DNA of 64,000 bases from Escherichia coli (lineage in GTDB: Bacteria > Pseudomonadota > Gammaproteobacteria > Enterobacterales > Enterobacteriaceae): assembly GCF_003018255.1 (NCBI RefSeq), contig NZ_CP027440.1. One strand, written 5' to 3'. This document shows, piece by piece, positions 14,033 through 25,042 of the stretch. The first letter of the stretch is position 1; every line of letters starts with the position of its first letter. Below the pieces are notes generated by a model. It was not told the origin of the DNA, made no database searches, and was given only the letters and a program-made list of their open reading frames with translations. The position numbers and the translations under genes are program-made.

Positions 14033-16906
14033 TTACTGGTATTCGCTAATCGGTACGCAGGAGCAGAACAGGTTACGGTCGCCGTAAACATCATCCAGAC
14101 GTTTCACTGTCGGCCAGTATTTGTCTGCCACGCCTGCCGGGAATACCGCAACTTCACGGCTGTACGGATGCGCCCACTCGGCGACCAGTTCGCTCTGAAT
14201 GTGCGGCGCGTTCACCAGCGGGTTATCTTCCAGCGGCCAGACACCGGCTTTCACCTGGTTAATTTCTGCGCGGATAGCCAGCATCGCGTCGATAAAGCGA
14301 TCCAGTTCCACTTTGCTTTCGGATTCGGTCGGTTCAACCATCAGCGTACCCGCCACCGGGAATGACATGGTCGGCGCGTGGAAACCGTAGTCGATCAGAC
14401 GCTTGGCAATATCCAGTTCGCTGATGCCGGTTTCTTCTTTCAGCGGACGAATATCAAGAATACATTCGTGCGCCACGCGACCGTCGCGACCGGTATACAG
14501 CACCGGGAAAGCATCCTGCAGGCGGCTGGCAATATAGTTGGCGTTAAGAATTGCCACCTGGCTTGCTTTTTTCAGCCCTTCTGCGCCCATCATGCGGATG
14601 TACATCCAGCTGATTGGCAGGATAGAGGCACTACCGAACGGTGCCGCAGAAACCGCGCCCTGACGGGTTAACATGCCTTCGATTTGCACCACGCTATGAC
14701 CCGGTACAAACGGTGCCAAATGCGCTTTCACACCGATCGGTCCCATACCTGGGCCGCCGCCACCGTGCGGAATGCAGAAAGTTTTATGCAGGTTAAGGTG
14801 CGAGACGTCCGCGCCAATAAAGCCCGGTGAGGTGATGCCGACCTGGGCGTTCATGTTCGCGCCATCAAGGTAAACCTGACCGCCGAACTGATGCACGACT
14901 TCACACACTTCACGGATCGTTTCTTCGTACACGCCGTGGGTGGAAGGATAAGTCACCATGATGCAGGAGAGATTATCGCCCGCCTGTTCCGCTTTCGCGC
15001 GCAGGTCAGTCAGATCGATGTTGCCATTTTTATCACATGCCACAACCACCACCTGCATTCCTGCCATATGTGCAGAAGCGGGGTTAGTTCCGTGCGCAGA
15101 AGCCGGGATCAGGCAGATATCGCGATGCCCTTCGTTGCGGCTTTCATGATAATGACGAATCGCCAGCAGGCCCGCATATTCGCCCTGTGCACCAGAGTTC
15201 GGCTGCATACAAACGGCGTCGTAACCGGTCAGTTTCACCAGCCAGTCAGCCAACTGCGCAATCATCTGCTGATAACCTTCTGCCTGTTCCGGCGGGCAGA
15301 ACGGGTGCAGTTCGGCAAATTCCGGCCAGGTGATGGGGATCATCTCGGCGGCGGCGTTCAGTTTCATGGTGCAGGAACCCAGCGGGATCATCGCCTGATT
15401 CAGCGCCAGATCTTTACGCTCCAGCGAGTGCATATAGCGCATCATTTCGGTTTCGCTGTGGTAGCGATTAAACACCGGATGGGTGAGGATTTCGTCGTCG
15501 CGCAACATTGCAGGCTGAATAGAGCGGCTATCGTGAGCCACGTCTTTGTCCAGCGTGTCGATGTCCAGTCCGTGGTTATCGCCCAGCAGTACGCTGAAAA
15601 GCTGCATCACGTTTTCACGCGTGGTGGTTTCATCAAGGGTGATCCCAACCGCGTTCAGAATATCGCTACGCAGGTTGATTTCAGCCGCTTCGGCACGCGC
15701 CAGTACGCCCGCTTTGTCGGCCACTTCCACACACAAAGTGTCGAAATAGTGCGCATGACGCAGTTTCAGACCTTTTTGTTGCAGGCCCGCCGCCAGGATA
15801 TCGGTCAGACGGTGGATGCGGTTAGCGATACGTTTCAGGCCCACCGGGCCGTGATAAACGGCATACAGGCTGGCGATGTTTGCCAGCAGTACCTGGGAAG
15901 TACAAATGTTGGAGTTCGCTTTCTCACGGCGAATATGTTGCTCGCGAGTCTGCATCGCCATGCGCAGAGCGGTATTGCCAGCTGCATCTTTCGATACACC
16001 GATAATACGGCCCGGCATTGAGCGTTTGTATTCATCTTTCGCCGCAAAGAATGCTGCGTGTGGGCCACCGTAGCCCATCGGCACACCGAAGCGTTGCGCC
16101 GAACCAAAGACAATATCCGCGCCCTGTTTACCAGGCGCAGTTAACAGCACCAGCGCCATAATATCGGCGGCGACACTGACCACAATTTTGCGTGATTTCA
16201 GTTCGCTGATGAGCGCAGTGTAGTCGTGGATTTCACCGGTTGTGCCAACCTGCTGTAACAGCACGCCGAAGACGTCCTGATGGTCGAGCACTTTTTGCGC
16301 GTCATCGACAATCACTTCAAAACCAAAGGTTTCGGCACGAGTACGTACCACATCCAACGTTTGCGGATGGACGTCAGAAGCAACAAAGAAGCGGTTGGCA
16401 TTTTTCAGTTTGCTGACGCGTTTAGCCATCGCCATTGCTTCGGCGGCAGCGGTGGCCTCGTCCAGAAGAGAAGCAGAGGCCATATCCAGTCCAGTCAAAT
16501 CCAGCGTTACCTGCTGGAAGTTGAGCAGTGCTTCAAGGCGGCCCTGGGAGACTTCAGGTTGATACGGAGTATACGCGGTATACCAGCCCGGATTTTCCAG
16601 CATGTTACGCAGAATAACCGGCGGTAGCTGCACGGCGGTGTAACCCATGCCGATGTAAGACGTGAAGCGTTTATTGCGACTGGCAATAGCCTTGAGTTCC
16701 GCCAGCGCGGCGTATTCGGTCGCCGGTGCGCCAACCTGCGGCGGGGTCGCAAGCTGAATATCTTTCGGCACAATCTGGCCGGTCAGCGCGTTTAACGATT
16801 GTGCGCCAACGGCATTCAGCATTTCTTGCTGTTGCGCGGCGTCCGGTCCGATATGGCGTTCAATAAAAGCGCCGCTGTTTTCAAGCTGGCTTAACGTCTG
16901 TGTCAT
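14033..16906 (-). CDS. gcvP: Glycine dehydrogenase (decarboxylating), glycine cleavage P protein (957 aa)
   Basis: ORF 14033-16990 trimmed to the ATG at 16906 ([10 protein letters not shown]...); PLP-dependent P-protein. Confidence 0.95.
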   Translation of the reverse strand: MTQTLSQLENSGAFIERHIGPDAAQQQEMLNAVGAQSLNALTGQIVPKDIQLATPPQVGAPATEYAALAELKAIASRNKRFTSYIGMGYTAVQLPPVILRNMLENPGWYTAYTPYQPEVSQGRLEALLNFQQVTLDLTGLDMASASLLDEATAAAEAMAMAKRVSKLKNANRFFVASDVHPQTLDVVRTRAETFGFEVIVDDAQKVLDHQDVFGVLLQQVGTTGEIHDYTALISELKSRKIVVSVAADIMALVLLTAPGKQGADIVFGSAQRFGVPMGYGGPHAAFFAAKDEYKRSMPGRIIGVSKDAAGNTALRMAMQTREQHIRREKANSNICTSQVLLANIASLYAVYHGPVGLKRIANRIHRLTDILAAGLQQKGLKLRHAHYFDTLCVEVADKAGVLARAEAAEINLRSDILNAVGITLDETTTRENVMQLFSVLLGDNHGLDIDTLDKDVAHDSRSIQPAMLRDDEILTHPVFNRYHSETEMMRYMHSLERKDLALNQAMIPLGSCTMKLNAAAEMIPITWPEFAELHPFCPPEQAEGYQQMIAQLADWLVKLTGYDAVCMQPNSGAQGEYAGLLAIRHYHESRNEGHRDICLIPASAHGTNPASAHMAGMQVVVVACDKNGNIDLTDLRAKAEQAGDNLSCIMVTYPSTHGVYEETIREVCEVVHQFGGQVYLDGANMNAQVGITSPGFIGADVSHLNLHKTFCIPHGGGGPGMGPIGVKAHLAPFVPGHSVVQIEGMLTRQGAVSAAPFGSASILPISWMYIRMMGAEGLKKASQVAILNANYIASRLQDAFPVLYTGRDGRVAHECILDIRPLKEETGISELDIAKRLIDYGFHAPTMSFPVAGTLMVEPTESESKVELDRFIDAMLAIRAEINQVKAGVWPLEDNPLVNAPHIQSELVAEWAHPYSREVAVFPAGVADKYWPTVKRLDDVYGDRNLFCSCVPISEYQ

Positions 16907-17024
16907 GAGCGATGGTTCCTGAAACGTGCAGTGAATTGTGAACCTCTCTCCTTGCGAAGAGAGTGAGGGTGAGGCGTAAAAGTTCCTCACCCTGATCCTC
17001 TCCCGCAGAAGAGGAATAAAGCCG

Positions 17025-17414
17025 TTACTCGTCTTCTAACAATGCTTCGTATGCGATCGCATCCAGCAGTGATTCCAGTTCGCTTTCATCGCTGGCTTTG
17101 ATTTTAAAGATCCAGCCACCTGCATACGGTTCGCTGTTCACCAGTTCCGGGGAATCGCTCAGTGCGTCGTTTACCGCCACGATTTCACCGCTTACTGGCG
17201 CATAAATGTCTGACGCCGCTTTTACTGACTCAGCAACCGCGCAGTCATCGCCCGCGCTAACCGTTGCGCCTACTTCCGGCAGGTCAACAAACACCATATC
17301 GCCTAACAGCTCCTGAGCGTGTTCGGTGATGCCAACGGTGTAAGTGCCGTCGGCTTCTTTACGCAGCCATTCGTGTTCTTTGCTGTATTTCAGTTCTGCT
17401 GGTACGTTGCTCAT
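17025..17414 (-). CDS. gcvH: Glycine cleavage system H protein, lipoyl carrier (129 aa)
   Basis: ORF 17025-17417 using the second Met (MSNVPAEL...); lipoyl-attachment region present. Confidence 0.9.
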   Translation of the reverse strand: MSNVPAELKYSKEHEWLRKEADGTYTVGITEHAQELLGDMVFVDLPEVGATVSAGDDCAVAESVKAASDIYAPVSGEIVAVNDALSDSPELVNSEPYAGGWIFKIKASDESELESLLDAIAYEALLEDE

Positions 17415-17437
17415 CAATCAATCTCCAAAAAAGTAAA

Positions 17438-18532
17438 TCACGCGACGGCTTTGCCGTTACGCACAAAAACAGGTTTCGTCACTTTAACCGGCATTTCACG
17501 GTTGCGAATTTGCACAATCGCTGTTTCACCAATACCTTCCGGCACGCGCGCCAGCGCAATGCTGTAACCCAGCGTCGGGGAGAAAGTCCCGCTGGTGATA
17601 ATGCCTTCATGCTGGTTGCCCTGCGCATCAGTAAAACGTACCGGCAGTTCATTACGCAGCACGCCTTTTTCGGTCATCACCAGACCAACCAGTTTTTCTG
17701 TGCCATGCTCACGCTGCACTTCCAGGGCTTCACGACCGATGAAGTCACGATCTGCCGGTTCCCAGGCGATAGTCCAGCCCATATTGGCGGCTAAAGGAGA
17801 GATGGTTTCGTCCATCTCCTGACTATAAAGATTCATACCCGCTTCCAGACGCAGCGTGTCACGCGCGCCCAGGCCGCATGGCTTAACGCCCGCTTCCACC
17901 AGCGCGCGCCAGAAATCCGCCGCTTTTTCATTGGGCAGCGCAATTTCATAGCCCGCTTCACCGGTATAACCAGTGGTGGCAATAAACAGATCGCCCGCCT
18001 GCACGCCAAAGAACGGTTTCATCCCTTCCACCGCCTGACGCTGAGCGTCATTAAACAGTGTGGCAGCTTTTGCCTGCGCATTCGGCCCTTGCACGGCAAT
18101 CATGGAAAGGTCATCACGAACGGTAATTTCGATGCCGAAAGGTTCAGCGTGTTGGGTAATCCAGGAGAGGTCTTTTTCGCGGGTGGCGGAGTTTACAACG
18201 AGGCGGAAGAAATCTTCAGTAAAGTAGTAGACGATGAGGTCATCTATCACACCGCCAGAGGCATTCAACATCCCCGAGTAAAGGGCTTTGCCGCTTTTGG
18301 TGAGCTTCGCCACATCGTTCGCCAGCAGATAACGCAGAAACTCCCGGGTGCGGCTGCCGCGAAGATCGACGATGGTCATATGTGACACATCAAACATTCC
18401 GGCATCGGTACGTACCGCATGATGTTCGTCGATTTGCGAACCGTAATGCAGCGGCATCATCCAGCCGTGGAAATCTACCATGCGAGCGCCGCAAAGCGTG
18501 TGTTGTTCGTACAAAGGAGTCTGTTGTGCCAT
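17438..18532 (-). CDS. gcvT: Aminomethyltransferase, glycine cleavage T protein (364 aa)
   Basis: ORF 17438-18532; first gene of gcvTHP. Confidence 0.9.
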
Positions 18533-18539
18533 CTTGTCC

Positions 18540-18900
18540 TCATTGAATAAGCGGGGCTGACAACTTTTTCATGGTGAAATTATCACCACGAAACCCAGCA
18601 TCGGAGCCACTCCCGGTCCCCAACGCAATCGTTCTCTTTTGCCTGAACTTACCACCGAAACAGACTGTTAACCATAAGGTAAAATTGATCATCACATTAG
18701 CTTATGGTTAAAAAGCGCCAAAATCGCAACAGAATAAAAAACCAAAAAATGAACAAATCTCTATATAAAGATAAATAGATGAGAAAGTTAATTTGAATAA
18801 GACAACATTAAGAACTAAAAAAATGTCAAAAAACACTAAATAAAAAATTCGTAACATTAGAAAATATAATGCGAAATCGCAGGTGAAATTAGTTTATTTC
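18540..18900 (-). promoter_or_regulatory. gcvTHP upstream control region, very AT-rich with phased A-tracts
   Basis: About 0.4 kb non-coding and strongly AT-rich, directly upstream of gcvT; the K-12 gcv promoter is known to be controlled from a long upstream region (GcvA, Lrp and other factors); individual sites not mapped here. Confidence 0.4.
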
Positions 18901-18911
18901 AAATGAGGAAA

Positions 18912-18937
18912 ATCTCCCGGCGAAAAAACCGGGAGAT
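18912..18937 (-). terminator. Rho-independent terminator downstream of ubiI
   Basis: Hairpin ATCTCCCGG-cgaaaaaa-CCGGGAGAT; on the - strand the stem is followed by a T-run. Confidence 0.5.
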
Positions 18938-18979
18938 GAAAGTGTGATGGGTATCAAATAAACAGCAGAAGAGAAATTT

Positions 18980-20182
18980 TTAACGCAGCCATTCAGGCAA
19001 ATCGTTTAATCCCATTGCCTGGCGGATAAGTTGCGGCTTAACGCCTGGAAGCGTGTCGGCCAGTTTCAGACCAATATCACGCAGCAGTTTTTTCGCCGGA
19101 TTGGTACCGGAAAACAGATCGCGGAATCCCTGCATACCAGCCAGCATCAGCGCCGCACTGTGCTTACGGCTACGCTCATAGCGGCGTAGGTAAATGTACT
19201 GCCCGATGTCTTTCCCCTGACGATGCAACCGTTTCAGTTCAGCAATCAGCTCTGCAGCATCCATAAAGCCGAGATTTACCCCCTGCCCCGCGAGCGGGTG
19301 AATGGTATGCGCGGCGTCGCCCACCAGCGCCAGACGGTGCGCGGCAAACTGGCGCGCATAACGCCCCGTCAGTGGGAACACCTGACGTGCGCTCTCAACC
19401 TTGCATAAGCCCAGGCGATTATCAAAAGCGATATTTAACGCGCGATTAAATTCGTCTTCACTTGCCTGCTGCATCCGCTGCGCTTCCTCTGGCGACAGTG
19501 ACCAGACAATCGAGCAAAGATGCGGATCGCTAAGCGGTAAAAAGGCCAGAATGCCTTCGCCATGGAAAACCTGCCGCGCCACCGCATCATGCGGTTCTTC
19601 CGTGCGAATGGTCGCTACCAGCGCGTGATGCTGATAATCCCAGAAAGTCAGCGGAATATCGGCTTTGTTGCGCAACCAGGAATTAGCACCGTCCGCGCCA
19701 ATCACCAGACGCGCCGTTAACATGCTGCCATCTTTCAGCGTCAGGAAGGTTTCATTTTCTCCCCAGGCGACCTGCTGTAATTCTGCGGGGGCCAACAGAG
19801 TGATATCTGACGACTGCTGCGCTTTGTTCCACAGCGCGTAGTGAATCACTGAGTTTTCAACGATATGCCCAAGATGGCTATAGCCCATGCTTTGATCGTC
19901 AAACGAAATGTGACCAAAACTGTCTTTGTCCCACACTTCCATACCGTGATAACAACTGGCCCTACGAGAGAGAATGTCCTGCCAGACGCCAAGACGGGTG
20001 AGTAATTTTTCGCTGGCGGCATTGATAGCCGAAACGCGCAGTTGTGGTGGTGCATCCGCCGCCAGAGGTTCCGGTACGCGCTGCTCCAGTACGGCAACGC
20101 GTAAGCCGCTACCCTGCAAGCCGCAGGCAACCGCCAGCCCCACCATGCCGCCGCCAACAATGGCTACATCAACACTTTGCAT
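18980..20182 (-). CDS. ubiI: FAD-dependent 2-octaprenylphenol hydroxylase (400 aa)
   Basis: ORF 18980-20182; GxGxxG FAD-binding N-terminus; paralogous to the adjacent ubiH. Confidence 0.85.
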   Translation of the reverse strand: MQSVDVAIVGGGMVGLAVACGLQGSGLRVAVLEQRVPEPLAADAPPQLRVSAINAASEKLLTRLGVWQDILSRRASCYHGMEVWDKDSFGHISFDDQSMGYSHLGHIVENSVIHYALWNKAQQSSDITLLAPAELQQVAWGENETFLTLKDGSMLTARLVIGADGANSWLRNKADIPLTFWDYQHHALVATIRTEEPHDAVARQVFHGEGILAFLPLSDPHLCSIVWSLSPEEAQRMQQASEDEFNRALNIAFDNRLGLCKVESARQVFPLTGRYARQFAAHRLALVGDAAHTIHPLAGQGVNLGFMDAAELIAELKRLHRQGKDIGQYIYLRRYERSRKHSAALMLAGMQGFRDLFSGTNPAKKLLRDIGLKLADTLPGVKPQLIRQAMGLNDLPEWLR

Positions 20183-20204
20183 TGTTTATTCCTTAAAACC
20201 GCCT

Positions 20205-21383
20205 TCAACGCGCCACCCACCCGAGGGTGCGCTGCGCCAGCACATCGCGTGCTGGGGTGAATAATTCCATTGCCATCAGCCCGATGTTGCGCCCGACAAC
20301 CAGCGGCCCCCAACGGTTGGCAAAAAGATGTACAAGGCTGTCCGTGACGCCGATGGTTGCTTCGCGATCGCGCTGTCGACGCTGCTGATAACGGCACAAT
20401 ACGCCGTAATCACCCATGTCTTCTCCGCGCTCCTGCGCCTGAGTCAGGGTTTCCGCAAGGCTCATGACATCTCGCATACCGAGGTTGAACCCTTGCCCGG
20501 CAATCGGGTGCAGAGTTTGCGCCGCATTGCCCACCAGCACGGTACGATGGGTAATAGGTCTGGCGGCGCGGGTTAACGCCAGCGGATAAGCACTGCGTTT
20601 ACCAGCGTGGGTAATTTTCCCAAGTCGCCAACCAAAGGCCGACTGGAGTTCACGGCAAAACTTCTCGTCGCTCCAAGACAGTACCTCTTCGCGCCGTTCC
20701 AGTGGATGACACCAGACCAGCGAACAGCGTCCGTCAGACATCGGCAACATCGCCAGCGGGCCATATTGTGTAAAGCGTTCAAAAGCGCGCCCTTCATGCG
20801 CAACGGAAGTCGCAACGTTGGCAATCACAGCCAGTTGTTCGTAAGGCTCCTGCTGCCAGTCAACGCCGCACACGGTGGCTAACGCTGAATGGGTGCCATC
20901 AGCGGCTACCAGCACGCAGCCCGTCAGCGTCTCGCCACTCTCCAGCGTCACTTCAACGTGACTCTGAGTACGGGCAACGTTAGCCACGCGATCAGGACAA
21001 TGCAGCGTTACGCCAGGTGCTTTGCGCAGCAATGCAAACAGCCGTTGCCCGACATTATGCAATTCGACAACCTGCCCCAGCGCCGCCAGTTGGTAATCTT
21101 CTGCGGCGAGGGTGACGAATCCGGCATGACCACGATCGCTGACATGCACGGTAGTGATGGCGGTTGCGCAATCCGCCAGAGATTGCCAGACGCCGATGCG
21201 CGCCAGTTGCTGACAGGTACCCGCCGCCAGCGCTATCGCTCGTCCATCAAAGCCCGGATGAGCATGTGACTCTGGCGCAGTCGCTTCAATCAAATGTACC
21301 GGCAGCGCCCCGTGACTTAACCGGGAAATAGCCAGCGCCAGCGTCGCGCCCGCCATGCCGCCACCGACGATGATTACGCTCAT
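20205..21383 (-). CDS. ubiH: 2-octaprenyl-6-methoxyphenol hydroxylase (392 aa)
   Basis: ORF 20205-21383; FAD monooxygenase; start overlaps the pepP stop (ATGA). Confidence 0.85.
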   Translation of the reverse strand: MSVIIVGGGMAGATLALAISRLSHGALPVHLIEATAPESHAHPGFDGRAIALAAGTCQQLARIGVWQSLADCATAITTVHVSDRGHAGFVTLAAEDYQLAALGQVVELHNVGQRLFALLRKAPGVTLHCPDRVANVARTQSHVEVTLESGETLTGCVLVAADGTHSALATVCGVDWQQEPYEQLAVIANVATSVAHEGRAFERFTQYGPLAMLPMSDGRCSLVWCHPLERREEVLSWSDEKFCRELQSAFGWRLGKITHAGKRSAYPLALTRAARPITHRTVLVGNAAQTLHPIAGQGFNLGMRDVMSLAETLTQAQERGEDMGDYGVLCRYQQRRQRDREATIGVTDSLVHLFANRWGPLVVGRNIGLMAMELFTPARDVLAQRTLGWVAR

Positions 21384-22705
21384 TGCTTTCTCGCAGCAGC
21401 CATCAACGCTTCGATTTCTTCCGGCTTTTTCACCACGCTGGCGGTGAGGTTTTCGTTGCAGGTTTCGGTAATCACAATGTCGTCTTCAATACGAATGCCG
21501 ATACCGCGATATTGTTCTGGCACATCCGCATCCGGCGCGATATACAGACCAGGCTCTACGGTCAGTACCATCCCCGGTTCCAGAATGCGCGAGCGATCCT
21601 GACCATAAACGCCAACGTCATGGACATCCAGTCCTAACCAGTGGCTAAGGCCATGCATAAAGAAAGGACGATGGGCGTTCTGAGCGATCAGTTCATCAAC
21701 ATCACCCTTCAGGATGCCGAGTTTTACCAGGCCGCTAACCATGATACGCACCACTTCACCAGTGACTTCCTGCATGGAAGTTCCCGGACGATACAGGCGC
21801 AGGCTGGTTTCAAGAGACTCCAGCACAATGTCATAGATTTCACGCTGAGCCTGAGTGAATTTGCCGTTGACCGGGAAGGTGCGGGTAATGTCGCCAGCGT
21901 AACCTTTGTATTCACAACCCGCGTCAATCAACACCAGATCACCGTCACGCAGTTCACACTCGTTTTCGGTGTAGTGCAAAATGCAGCCGTTTTCACCGCT
22001 GCCAACAATGGTGTTATAGGAAGGGTAACGCGCACCGTGGCGGTTAAACTCGTGGTGAATTTCGCCTTCCAGATGGTACTCGAACATCCCCGGACGGCAT
22101 TTTTCCATCGCCCGGGTATGCGCCAGTGCGGTGATTTCACCCGCGCGGCGAAGTACGGCAATCTCTTCTGGTGATTTGAACAGGCGCATTTCATGAACAA
22201 CAGGACGCCAGTCGATCATCGTAGCCGGGGCAGTGAGATTCTGTCGCGAGCCTTTACGCAGCTTTTCCAGCGCGCTGTTCACGATTTCATCAGCATAGGT
22301 ATATTCGCCCTGAGCGTGATAAACCACATCCAGACCATTAAGCAGTTGATAAAGTTGCTGATTGATTTCGCTGAATGCCAGTGCGCGGTCAACGCCCAGT
22401 TTCTCTGGCGCGGCATCCTGGCCTAAGCGACGACCAAACCAGATCTCTGCCGTCAGGTCGCGAACGCGGTTAAACAAAACGCTGTGGTTATGAGTGTCGT
22501 CGCTTTTAATCAGCACCAGCACCGCTTCCGGTTCGTTAAAGCCGGTGAAGTACCAGAAGTCACTGTTCTGACGATAGGGGTATTCGCTGTCGGCGCTACG
22601 TGTTACTTCTGGTGCAGCAAAAATCAGCGCGGCGCTGCCGGGTTGCATTTGCTCCACCAGGGCCTGACGGCGACGCTGAAACTCTTGCCGGGATATCTCA
22701 CTCAT
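21380..22705 (-). CDS. pepP: Xaa-Pro aminopeptidase P (441 aa)
   Basis: ORF 21380-22918 trimmed to the internal ATG (MSEISRQEFQRRRQAL...); M24B metallopeptidase. Confidence 0.85.
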   Translation of the reverse strand: MSEISRQEFQRRRQALVEQMQPGSAALIFAAPEVTRSADSEYPYRQNSDFWYFTGFNEPEAVLVLIKSDDTHNHSVLFNRVRDLTAEIWFGRRLGQDAAPEKLGVDRALAFSEINQQLYQLLNGLDVVYHAQGEYTYADEIVNSALEKLRKGSRQNLTAPATMIDWRPVVHEMRLFKSPEEIAVLRRAGEITALAHTRAMEKCRPGMFEYHLEGEIHHEFNRHGARYPSYNTIVGSGENGCILHYTENECELRDGDLVLIDAGCEYKGYAGDITRTFPVNGKFTQAQREIYDIVLESLETSLRLYRPGTSMQEVTGEVVRIMVSGLVKLGILKGDVDELIAQNAHRPFFMHGLSHWLGLDVHDVGVYGQDRSRILEPGMVLTVEPGLYIAPDADVPEQYRGIGIRIEDDIVITETCNENLTASVVKKPEEIEALMAAARKQ

Positions 22706-22730
22706 AACACTCTCCTTACGTTTTTTGTTT

Positions 22731-23309
22731 TTAGTGTAGAGTCGGTTTTTGTACTTCTGGCGCGGTCGGTTGCGGATGAGTAAAGGTGTCGTGGCATAAC
22801 AGCGCGGCAACACGAACGTATTCGATGATCTCTTCAAGCGACATTTCAAGCTCTTCCTGATCTTCGTCTTCGTCGTAGCCCAGCTGCGCGATGTTACGCA
22901 GATCGTCGATGGCTTCACCGGTTTCTCCGGTCACTTTGTCCAGCTTCGGTTGCGTAACGCCAAGACCAAGCAGGAAGTGATTGACCCAACCTGCCAGCGC
23001 ATCAGCCCGATCGAAAACGCTGACATCATCGCCATCAGGCAGATAAAGCTGAAAAAGGAAGCCGTCATCCTGCAGGGCATCGCTGGTGGCAGAGTGCATT
23101 TTACGCAGTGCCTGTGCCAGCTCATGACCGAAAGCCATGCCTTCGTTCGTCAGGTCGTGAAGTAGCGGCAGCCATGAGCTGTCATCGTTACCGCCACATA
23201 TCATCCCGCTGATTAAACCATGCATCTCAGCAGGGGTCAGACCCGTCCCTTGTTGGTTCAGATACTGGTTCATTTCGTTGTAACCAGGCATTTCGTTCTG
23301 TATAGACAT
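22731..23309 (-). CDS. ygfB: UPF0149 family protein YgfB (192 aa)
   Basis: ORF 22731-23315 trimmed to [13 protein letters not shown]...; acidic C-terminal region. Confidence 0.75.
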
Positions 23310-23410
23310 AAGCATTCGTCGTCAAAGGGAGGAATATTCATGATATGCTACCACTTTGGGCCCTGGTGGACCAGAAAAGGGCTTGTCTCTTCTCATCAGG
23401 GTAGCTATAG

Positions 23411-23806
<396 letters not shown>

Positions 23807-23847
23807 CACTTTTCGGTTTACTGTGGTAGAGTAACCGTGAAGACAAA

Positions 23848-24033
23848 ATTTCTCTGAGATGTTCGCAAGCGGGCCAGTCCCCTGAGCCGATATTTCATAC
23901 CACAAGAATGTGGCGCTCCGCGGTTGGTGAGCATGCTCGGTCCGTCCGAGAAGCCTTAAAACTGCGACGACACATTCACCTTGAACCAAGGGTTCAAGGG
24001 TTACAGCCTGCGGCGGCATCTCGGAGATTCCCT
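23848..24033 (+). ncRNA. ssrS: 6S RNA, RNA polymerase sigma-70 holoenzyme regulator
   Basis: Sequence ATTTCTCTGAGATGTTCGCAAGCGGGCCAGTCCCCTGAGCCGATATTTCATACCACAAGAATGTGGCGCTCCGCGG... matches E. coli 6S RNA as I recall it; lies between zapA and ygfA. Confidence 0.9.
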
Positions 24034-24105
24034 TCTTATCTGGCACCAGCCATGACGCAACTACCAGAACTCCCACTGACATTATCCCGACAAGAAATCC
24101 GCAAA

Positions 24106-24654
24106 ATGATTCGGCAACGTCGTCGTGCGTTAACGCCGGAACAACAGCAGGAAATGGGTCAACAAGCCGCTACCCGGATGATGACTTATCCCCCGGTGGT
24201 GATGGCACATACGGTCGCTGTATTCCTCTCTTTTGATGGCGAACTCGACACCCTGCCACTCATAGAACAACTCTGGCGCGCCGGTAAGCGCGTATATCTT
24301 CCAGTTTTGCATCCCTTCAGTGCCGGTAATTTGCTGTTCCTGAATTACCATCCGCAAAGCGAACTGGTGATGAACAGGTTGAAGATCCATGAGCCCAAAC
24401 TGGATGTGCGTGACGTGCTACCCCTTTCCCGATTAGACGTGTTGATCACACCGCTGGTCGCCTTTGATGAGTACGGTCAGCGCCTGGGAATGGGCGGTGG
24501 TTTTTATGATCGGACCTTACAAAACTGGCAGCACTATAAAATGCAACCGGTGGGTTATGCGCATGATTGTCAGTTGGTGGAAAAACTCCCCGTTGAAGAG
24601 TGGGATATCCCTCTTCCTGCGGTGGTTACACCGTCGAAAGTCTGGGAGTGGTGA
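24106..24654 (+). CDS. ygfA: 5-formyltetrahydrofolate cyclo-ligase (182 aa)
   Basis: ORF 23908-24654 trimmed to the ATG at 24106 (MIRQRRRALTPEQQQ...), downstream of the 6S RNA 3' end. Confidence 0.8.
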   Translation: MIRQRRRALTPEQQQEMGQQAATRMMTYPPVVMAHTVAVFLSFDGELDTLPLIEQLWRAGKRVYLPVLHPFSAGNLLFLNYHPQSELVMNRLKIHEPKLDVRDVLPLSRLDVLITPLVAFDEYGQRLGMGGGFYDRTLQNWQHYKMQPVGYAHDCQLVEKLPVEEWDIPLPAVVTPSKVWEW

Positions 24655-24711
24655 GGGCGACACACCTGCATCGCCCTGATTGACATCGTTGATTCTTTAA
24701 CCTAATTTAGT

Positions 24712-24856
24712 GAGTAAGGGTAAGGGAGGATGACTCCTCCCCTGAGACTGACTGTTAATAAGCTGGGAAACTTATGAGTAACAGTACAATCAGTATGATG
24801 ACAAGTCGCATCATAACCCTTCTCCTTCAAGCCCTCGCTTCGGTGAGGGCTTTACC
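24712..24856 (+). ncRNA. sibC: SibC-type antisense sRNA (type I antitoxin); boundaries approximate
   Basis: + strand region fully antisense to ibsC, ending in the hairpin GCCCTC-gcttcggt-GAGGGC followed by TTT; K-12 has sibC/ibsC between ygfA and serA. Confidence 0.5.
24755..24814 (-). CDS. ibsC: Type I toxin IbsC, 19-aa hydrophobic peptide
   Basis: Minus-strand ORF read from sequence: ATGATGCGACTTGTCATCATACTGATTGTACTGTTACTCATAAGTTTCCCAGCTTATTAA = MMRLVIILIVLLLISFPAY; GGAGAAGGG SD upstream. Confidence 0.7.
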   Translation of the reverse strand: MMRLVIILIVLLLISFPAY

Positions 24857-24991
24857 GTTACAGCCCCATGCTGCCCTGCCATCGTAAATCCCCATTAAAT
24901 AAACACAACGCATTGATCTGACTTTGATTTATTTTCTGGAGCAGACTCGCAAAGTAGAATGCGCAATGCGGCAACGGTGTGGAGAAGGGAT

Positions 24992-25023
24992 AAAAAAACG
25001 GGCAAGTCAGTGACCTGCCCGTT
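24992..25023 (-). terminator. serA rho-independent terminator
   Basis: Hairpin CGGGCA(A/G)G...CTGCCCG; on the - strand the stem is followed by TTTTTTT, about 20 nt after the serA stop. Confidence 0.55.
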
Positions 25024-25042
25024 GATTTTCAGATAAGGGGAT

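Noticed and set aside
14891-16021. 376-aa + strand ORF
   Set aside because: Antisense to gcvP; shadow ORF.
16907-16990. Upstream in-frame extensions of real genes in the ORF track (gcvP here; also pepP, fbaA, pgk, epd, rpiA, argP, loiP, tktA, galP, sprT, rsmE, yqgE, ruvX, yggR)
   Set aside because: The internal start gives the known protein N-terminus and expected length; the extensions run through intergenic DNA or upstream genes.
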